Source: an uncultured Alphaproteobacteria bacterium (GTDB taxonomy: Bacteria > Pseudomonadota > Alphaproteobacteria > Rhizobiales > Xanthobacteraceae). From it: 64,000 nt of DNA. The position numbers were made by a program, and so were the translations under genes. The notes below the pieces were generated by a model. That model was not told the origin of the DNA and made no database searches. It saw nothing but the letters and a program-made list of their open reading frames with translations. The DNA is taken from assembly GCA_963807175.1 (NCBI GenBank), contig CAWEAC010000005.1, positions 43,130 through 107,129 on the forward strand, given 5' to 3'. Position 1 is the stretch's first letter. Every line of letters begins with the position of its first letter. Shown piece by piece: positions 58,077-64,000 of the stretch.

Positions 58077-58817
58077 ATGGACGGCACTGTAATTGCGCTT
58101 TTTCTCATCGCGACCTTTCTCGGCGGATTCACCAGCGGCCTGACCGGCTTTGCGGCCGGGCTGGTCGTGTCGGGCATCTGGTTGCACATCATCACGCCGC
58201 TGCAAACGGCGGTTCTGATCGCGGCTTACGGGATGGTCAACCAAGGCTACGGCGTCTGGAAAGTCCGCCATGCGCTGCAGTGGCGGCGAATCCTGCCGTT
58301 CGTCATCGGCGGCGCCGTTGGTGTTCCGCTCGGCGCCTATCTCGTGACCTATCTCAATCCAGCGTACCTGCGCATCGGCGTCGGCGCCTTGCTGATCGTG
58401 TACAGTACCTACAATCTCGCGCGGCCGACCTTCACGCCGATCAAGTCCAATCCGGCAGCCGATACCGGCATCGGCGTCTTGAACGGATTGCTCGGCGGTC
58501 TCACCGGCCTTGGCGGAGTCATCAGCACAATCTGGGTCCAGCTCGGCGGCGGGCCAAAAGATGCGCAGCGGGCGATATTTCAGCCTGTGCTGTTCCTCAC
58601 CATGACGATGACCACGCTGACGTTCGCGACGGCGGGCCATCTCTTCAACGTCGATACCCTCACGCTTTTCCTGCTTGGCTTGCCCGCTCTGTTGCTAGGC
58701 TTGTGGGTCGGTGTTTTTCTATATGGAAAACTTGACGATGCGGCGTTTCGCAAAGTCATCCTGATCTTGCTGCTGGTTTCCGGATTGTCGCTGGTTTTGC
58801 CAGCGTTTCTTCATTGA
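58077..58817 (+). CDS. TauE/SafE sulfite exporter family membrane protein
   Basis: GGFTSGLTGFAAGL, GLLGGLTGLGG and AQRAIFQ motifs, with about 8 hydrophobic segments. Confidence 0.85.
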   Translation: MDGTVIALFLIATFLGGFTSGLTGFAAGLVVSGIWLHIITPLQTAVLIAAYGMVNQGYGVWKVRHALQWRRILPFVIGGAVGVPLGAYLVTYLNPAYLRIGVGALLIVYSTYNLARPTFTPIKSNPAADTGIGVLNGLLGGLTGLGGVISTIWVQLGGGPKDAQRAIFQPVLFLTMTMTTLTFATAGHLFNVDTLTLFLLGLPALLLGLWVGVFLYGKLDDAAFRKVILILLLVSGLSLVLPAFLH

Positions 58818-58855
58818 CGGCTTGCCCGCGATGATCCGCTGAGCTAGATTTTTGT

Positions 58856-58941
58856 CGTGGGGCCTGCGACGGTCGCCCCGCTCCCTTGAAGGCTTGCGAC
58901 AGCCCAAGCACCGTCTCCTTCGTTCACGGAGGGGACCTATG
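58856..58941 (+). promoter_or_regulatory. Structured leader, copy 2, directly upstream of chrB
   Basis: Stems GGGGC/GCCCC, GCTTG/CAAGC and CCGT/ACGG. The RBS sits next to a complementary CTCCTT. Confidence 0.68.
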
Positions 58942-59761
58942 CTGTCTCCGAGCCATTCGATTTCACCGAAAGATCTCTGGAATGCGACGGCGACGCGCGA
59001 TGCGCCGCAGCTTGTCGATGTGCGTCGCCGCGATGCTTTCGAGGCATCGCCGCAACTCTTGCCGGGCGCGATCTGGCGCGATGCCGGCCAGACGCAAACA
59101 TGGTCGGTCGAACTCGGCCGTGCCCAGCCGATCGCCATCGCCTGCAAGGCGGGTCATGAAATGAGCCAGGCGGCGGTCGCGCAGTTGCGCGCCGACGGCT
59201 TCGATGCGCGCGTGCTGGAAGGCGGCTACGAAGCCTGGGCGAATGCCGGCTTGCCGTTTGTCGCCAAGGCCGAACTCGACCGGCTGACGCCGAAGCGCCC
59301 CGGCCTTTGGGTGACGCGGCGGCGGCCGAAGATCGACCGTATAGCTTGCCCCTGGCTGATCCGCCGCTTCCTCGATCCGCAGGCCCGCATTCTGTATGTC
59401 GATCCGGATGAGGTCGTGAACGTCGCGCGAGACCGGCGCCGTGCCGTTCGACATCAAGGATATCGAATTGAGCCACGATGGCGGGCGCTGCACCTTCGAT
59501 ACCATGCTCAAGCTGTTCGTCCTGGAAGGCGAGCCATCGCTGGCGCGGCTGGCTTTGATCGTGCGCGGCGCCGACACCGCGCGGCCCGACCTCGCGCCGG
59601 AAGCCGCCGGTTTGCATGCGATTTCGCTCGGCCTGTCGGCGCTAGCCGGCGACGACGATCATGGGCTGCTCGAACGCGGTTTCATGGTCTACGATGCCCT
59701 GTTCGCCTGGCTGCGCTTTGCCGCCGAGGAACGCCATAACTGGCCGGCCAAGGCTGCCTGA
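58939..59761 (+). CDS. chrB: Rhodanese-ChrB chromate resistance protein, with an apparent frameshift at ~59430
   Basis: Rhodanese-like LVDVRR...ACKAGHEMS...LEGGYEAW, then WVTRRRPKIDRIACPWLIRRF and CTFDTMLK...IVRGADT...YDALFAW in a second frame. Confidence 0.88.
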
Positions 59762-59765
59762 GCGA

Positions 59766-61088
59766 ATGACGACGATCGACAACAAGATGCACCCGAACTT
59801 CGGCGAGGCCTTTATGGTCTGGCTGAAGATCGGCTGCATCAATTTCGGCGGGCCGGCCGGCCAGATCGCCATGATGCATCGCATCCTGGTCGACGAGAAA
59901 AAATGGATCGACGAGCCGCGCTTCCTGCACGCGCTCAATTTTTCCATGCTGCTGCCGGGCCCGGAGGCGACGCAACTCGCCACCTATGTCGGCTGGCTGC
60001 TGCACGGCGTGCGCGGCGGGCTCGCCGCCGGCATCCTGTTCGTGCTGCCGGGCGCCTTCGTGATGCTGGCCTTAAGCCTGCTCTACGCCTATGGGCGGGG
60101 CTTTGGCCCGATCGACGGCGCGCTGTTCGGCATCAAGGCCGCCGTGCTGGTGATCGTCTTCGAGGCGCTGATCCGTATCGGCAAGCGCGCCTTGAAGTCG
60201 TCGCTACTGGTTTCGCTCGCGGCCTTGGCGTTCGTCGGCATCTACTTTTTCGCTGCGCCGTTTCCGCTGATCGTGATTGCCGCGGCGCTTGTCGGATTTC
60301 TTGTCGCCCGGACGCGTCCCGATTTGCTCGGCCTTGCCGCCGATGCGCATGACATCACCGAATATTCCGGCGACCGCTGGCGGCAATTCACGGTCGCCAG
60401 CGTCGTCGGTCTCGTAATCTGGTGGGCGCCGGTCGCCCTCGCCGCGCTGGTGCTTGGGCCGCATCATGTTCTGGTCGACATCGGCGTATTTTTCTCGAAA
60501 CTCGCGGTGGTGACCTTCGGCGGCGCCTATGCGGTGCTGGCCTATATGGCGCAGCAGGTGGTCGAGACCCACGGCTGGCTAACGGCGCCGGAAATGGTGG
60601 ACGCGCTCGGCCTCGCCGAGACCACGCCGGGGCCGTTGATCCTGGTCACGCAGTTCGTCGGCTTCCTGGCCGCGTTCCGTGAGGCGGCGCCGTTCACGCC
60701 GCTGGTCGCCGGCATCCTCGGCGCGGCGCTGACCACCTGGGTGACGTTCGTGCCGGCGATGCTGTGGATTTTCGCCGGCGCGCCGTTCATCGAACAACTG
60801 CGCGGCAACCGGCGGCTCGCCGGCGCCTTGGCGGCGATCACCGCCGCGGTGGTCGGCGTCATCCTCAACCTGTCGGTCTGGTTCGCGCTGCATGTGCTGT
60901 TCGGCACCGTCACCGAACGCCATTGGGGACCGCTGCGCTGGTATGCTTTCGATCCGCGCGCGCTCGACACCCATGCGGCCATCCTCGCCGTCACCGCGGC
61001 CATATTGGCGTTCCGCTTCCACCGCAGCCTGATCGAAGTGATCGTCGTCATGGCGCTGCTCGGGATCGTCACGCAATATTCTTTTTAA
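59766..61088 (+). CDS. chrA: Chromate efflux transporter (long-chain CHR)
   Basis: FGGPAGQIAMM, LLPGPEATQL, TFGGAYAVL and AETTPGP motifs. Confidence 0.93.
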   Translation: MTTIDNKMHPNFGEAFMVWLKIGCINFGGPAGQIAMMHRILVDEKKWIDEPRFLHALNFSMLLPGPEATQLATYVGWLLHGVRGGLAAGILFVLPGAFVMLALSLLYAYGRGFGPIDGALFGIKAAVLVIVFEALIRIGKRALKSSLLVSLAALAFVGIYFFAAPFPLIVIAAALVGFLVARTRPDLLGLAADAHDITEYSGDRWRQFTVASVVGLVIWWAPVALAALVLGPHHVLVDIGVFFSKLAVVTFGGAYAVLAYMAQQVVETHGWLTAPEMVDALGLAETTPGPLILVTQFVGFLAAFREAAPFTPLVAGILGAALTTWVTFVPAMLWIFAGAPFIEQLRGNRRLAGALAAITAAVVGVILNLSVWFALHVLFGTVTERHWGPLRWYAFDPRALDTHAAILAVTAAILAFRFHRSLIEVIVVMALLGIVTQYSF

Positions 61089-61867
61089 GTTTCCCGCTTG
61101 AGCGCGCTTTCGTGCCAGCGGCGCAGCGCCAGATGCGAAAGCGCCGACAGCGCAAAAAAGATGACGACGCCGGCGGCCGACAACAGCAGCAGCGCCGCGA
61201 ACATGCGCGGGATGTTGAGCCGGTAGCCGGACTCGGCGATGCGATAAGCGAGCCCCGATCCGGCGCCGGCCGAACCGGCGGCTATCTCGGCCACCACCGC
61301 GCCGATCAGCGACAGCCCGCCGGCGATGCGCAGACCGGCGAGCATCTGCGGCAGCGCCGAAGGCAGCTTCAGGTTCCACAGCAGCTGCCAGCGCGACGCC
61401 TTGTAGAGTTCGAACAGCGCGACAAGATTGTGGTCGACCGAGCTCAAGCCGAGCGTGGTGTTGGCGAGCACCGGAAAGAACGCCACGATCCAGGCGCAGG
61501 CCAGCACCGCCAGCGGCTGCGGCAGATAGATCAGCAGCAGCGGCGCGATGGCGACGATCGGCGTTACCTGCAGGATCACCGCGTAAGGATAGAGCGAGTA
61601 TTCGATCAGCCGCGACTGGCTGAACAGGACGGCCAGCCCGATGCCGCCGACGGCGGCGAGCAGGAAGCCCTCGAAGGTGGTGGTGAGCGTCACCAGCAGC
61701 GAATGCCACAGCAGGCCGCCGTCGGAAATCAACGTGCCCAGCACCAGACCCGGACCCGGCAACACGTAAGGCGGAATGGCGAAGGCGCGCACCACGAGAT
61801 CCCAAACCAGCAGCACGAGCGCCAGCACCAAAATGGGCAAGCCGATGCGTAACCCGCGCGCGCTCAT
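61085..61867 (-). CDS. ABC transporter permease (NitT/TauT/SsuC-like)
   Basis: PPYVLPGP, QVTPIVAIAP, LKLPSALP and GAVVAE motifs. Confidence 0.88.
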   Translation of the reverse strand: MSARGLRIGLPILVLALVLLVWDLVVRAFAIPPYVLPGPGLVLGTLISDGGLLWHSLLVTLTTTFEGFLLAAVGGIGLAVLFSQSRLIEYSLYPYAVILQVTPIVAIAPLLLIYLPQPLAVLACAWIVAFFPVLANTTLGLSSVDHNLVALFELYKASRWQLLWNLKLPSALPQMLAGLRIAGGLSLIGAVVAEIAAGSAGAGSGLAYRIAESGYRLNIPRMFAALLLLSAAGVVIFFALSALSHLALRRWHESALKRET

Positions 61868-62625
61868 GACGCGCCTCCCATCGCCTTGCCGAGCGCCTCG
61901 GAGACTGTGCGGCAATAGCCGGCAAAATCGGCCGAGGTGCGGAAGCGCTCGTCGCGCGGGTAAGACGCCGGGATCGCGATGTCGGCGAAGACACGGCCCG
62001 GCCGCGGCGTCATCACCACGATGCGCTGCGACAGGTACACCGACTCGAACACCGAGTGGGTGACGAAGATCACGGTGCGCCGCAGCGCCTGCCACAGCGC
62101 CAGCAGATCGTTGTTGAGCTTGAAGCGGGTGATCTCGTCGAGCGCGGCGAACGGCTCGTCCATCAACAGCAGTTGCGGTTCGGTAACCAGCGCGCGCGCG
62201 ATCGAGGTGCGCATCTTCATGCCGCCGGACAATTCGCGCGGATAGCTTTGCGCGAAGTCGGCGAGGCCGACGTGCGCCAACGCCTGCATCGTCGCGGCCC
62301 GTGCCTTTGCCGGATCCGCATGCGCCAGCCTGAGCGGCAACCGAACGTTGGCGGCGACGTCGGCCCAGGGCATCAAAGTCGGCTCCTGGAACACAAAGCC
62401 GATCTGGCCGCCACCTCCCGGCCATTCGACCGCGCCCGCGGACGGCGCGCTTAAGCCCGCGATGAGGCGCAGCGCGGTCGACTTGCCGCAGCCGGACGGC
62501 CCCAGCAGCGAGACGAATTCGCCTTCCGCTACGGCGAGACTGAGGCCGTCGAGCGCGACCGTGCCGCTGTCGAAGGTCTTGCCGACGTTGCGCAGCGCGA
62601 CAATGTTCGATCCGGGTGAACTCAT
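61864..62625 (-). CDS. ABC transporter ATP-binding protein (NitT/TauT-like)
   Basis: GPSGCGKST, FQEPTLMPW, LSGGMKMR and LMDEPFAALD motifs. Confidence 0.92.
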   Translation of the reverse strand: MSSPGSNIVALRNVGKTFDSGTVALDGLSLAVAEGEFVSLLGPSGCGKSTALRLIAGLSAPSAGAVEWPGGGGQIGFVFQEPTLMPWADVAANVRLPLRLAHADPAKARAATMQALAHVGLADFAQSYPRELSGGMKMRTSIARALVTEPQLLLMDEPFAALDEITRFKLNNDLLALWQALRRTVIFVTHSVFESVYLSQRIVVMTPRPGRVFADIAIPASYPRDERFRTSADFAGYCRTVSEALGKAMGGAS

Positions 62626-63632
62626 TTGGGCCGCAACTCGGCGCCGACGCCCTTGTTGACGAACTGCAGGGTGTAGGCGCGTTTGTAATCGAGGCCCGAC
62701 TTGACGACGCCGGCACGCACCATCTTGTCGAAGAAACTCTTCACCCGCGCGTCGGTCATGGCGCCGATGCCGAGCTTGATAGAGTCGCCCGAGTCGACGA
62801 TGCCGAATTCCTTCATCTTGGCGATGGAATAGGCGAGCAGCGCGTCGGTCATCTCCGAGTTCTGCTTCTTGATCAGTTCGTTGCCGGGCCGGCTGTCGCC
62901 GTAGATATAATGGTACCAGCCGATGGCCGAGGCGTCGACGAAGCGCTGCACCAGGTCGGGGCGCTTGTCCACGAGATCGCGCCGCGTCTCGATCAGCGTC
63001 GAATAGGCGTTGAAGCCGTAATCGGCGAGCAGAAACACTTTCGGCTTGAAGCGGCCTTGCGTCTCGACCGCGTAGGGCTCGGAGGTGACGTAGCCCTGCA
63101 TCGCGGAATTCTTGTCGGCGAGGAACGGCTGCGCGTTGAAGGTGTAAGGCTTCACTTTGGATTCGTCGAAACCGTAATCCGCCTTCAGCCACTGGAAATA
63201 GCTGATCATGCCCTCCGGCGACACGAACAGCGTGAGCTTCTTGAGGTCCACCAGCGTCTGCACGCCGGGATGCGCGATCAGCACCTGCGGGTCCTTCTGG
63301 AAGCTCGCCGCCACCGCCACGGTCGGAATGTCGTGCGCGACCGCGTCGAAGGATTGCAGTGAGTTAGCGCTCATGAAGAAGTCGAGCTTGCCGACCGGCA
63401 GCAGGATACGGTTGTTCACGTTCGGCCCGCCCGGCACGATGGTGACGTCGAGCCCATATTTCCTGTACGTGCCGTCGGCGAGCGCCTGGTAGAAGCCGCC
63501 GTGCTCGGCCTCCGCCACCCAATTGGTGCCGAAGCGGACCTTGTCGAGGGGCTGCGCGAACGTCGGCGATAGCGCGTGCGTGGCGGCGAGCAGCGCGGCG
63601 ACGGCGATCGCACAAAACCTTTTGGACGGCAT
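62622..63632 (-). CDS. ABC substrate-binding protein (NMT1/THI5-like)
   Basis: Signal peptide, TNWVAEAEHGGFYQA, PGGPNVN and QGYVTSEP motifs. Confidence 0.85.
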   Translation of the reverse strand: MPSKRFCAIAVAALLAATHALSPTFAQPLDKVRFGTNWVAEAEHGGFYQALADGTYRKYGLDVTIVPGGPNVNNRILLPVGKLDFFMSANSLQSFDAVAHDIPTVAVAASFQKDPQVLIAHPGVQTLVDLKKLTLFVSPEGMISYFQWLKADYGFDESKVKPYTFNAQPFLADKNSAMQGYVTSEPYAVETQGRFKPKVFLLADYGFNAYSTLIETRRDLVDKRPDLVQRFVDASAIGWYHYIYGDSRPGNELIKKQNSEMTDALLAYSIAKMKEFGIVDSGDSIKLGIGAMTDARVKSFFDKMVRAGVVKSGLDYKRAYTLQFVNKGVGAELRPK

Positions 63633-63741
63633 GGTTCGCTCCGCGCTCCCCCGGCAATCAAAGTCGAGATAGCCGACCGAGGAAACAGTAAGTAGTCTTG
63701 TTTCCGATTGCATTACCCTAATCGCCGGAGGGGGCACAAAG

Positions 63742-64000
63742 ATGGACGCGGACGTCAAAACGGAAGGCTCGGACAAGCGGCTCAACGATCTCGTCGCCGT
63801 CACCGTGGTAATTTTGTCGGTGTTCATGGCGGTGTCGAATATCAAGGACGACAACATCACTCAGGCTATGCAGAAAGCCAAGGCGGAATCGGTAGACGCC
63901 TGGGCGGAATATCAGGCGTCGCGTCTCAAATTGCATGTGGACGAGAACGGGTTGGCGCAACTGCGGCTCTAGAGACCGCCGGCAATTTCGACCGAGCCTT
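63742..64000 (+). CDS. DUF4337-like protein, with an apparent frameshift at ~63969; continues off the window
   Basis: VAVTVVILSVFMAVSNIKDDN...DAWAEYQA. After the TAG at 63970 the shifted frame continues LETAGNFDRA. Confidence 0.55.

Overview
The window looks like alphaproteobacterial (Hyphomicrobiales, Xanthobacteraceae/Bradyrhizobiaceae-like) chromosome. Two high-GC core blocks (1-27638 and 48124-64000) enclose a visibly lower-GC accessory island of about 20 kb (~27640-47964), which sits between map and a 3' remnant of radC. Left core: lepA, cell-wall enzymes, an AceE-like ThDP enzyme, modABC, a K+/H+ antiporter, assorted catabolic enzymes and map. Right core: phaC, an E1alpha-E1beta-ALDH-E2-hydroxyacid dehydrogenase operon, tauE-chrB-chrA and an NMT1/THI5-type ABC transporter. 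The island carries two IS110-family elements whose 3' non-coding ends show readable bridge/seekRNA guides matching their target and their circle junction. It also has one IS1182, a group II intron 5' fragment, a tRNA-Ile(CAU) fragment, many small or decaying cargo genes, and a dispersed palindromic repeat family that all these elements target. Best candidates for something new: (i) a coupled operon of two Tat-signal NAD(P)H enzymes around an ATP/ADP-translocase-like carrier, a possible periplasmic pyridine-nucleotide shuttle; (ii) the repeat-delimited cassette/landing-pad array; (iii) a duplicated structured chrB leader. Several 1-2 nt indels in short repeats (lepA, MFS, chrB and others) are probably sequencing errors. 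All family assignments come from motif recognition by eye; no database searches were run.
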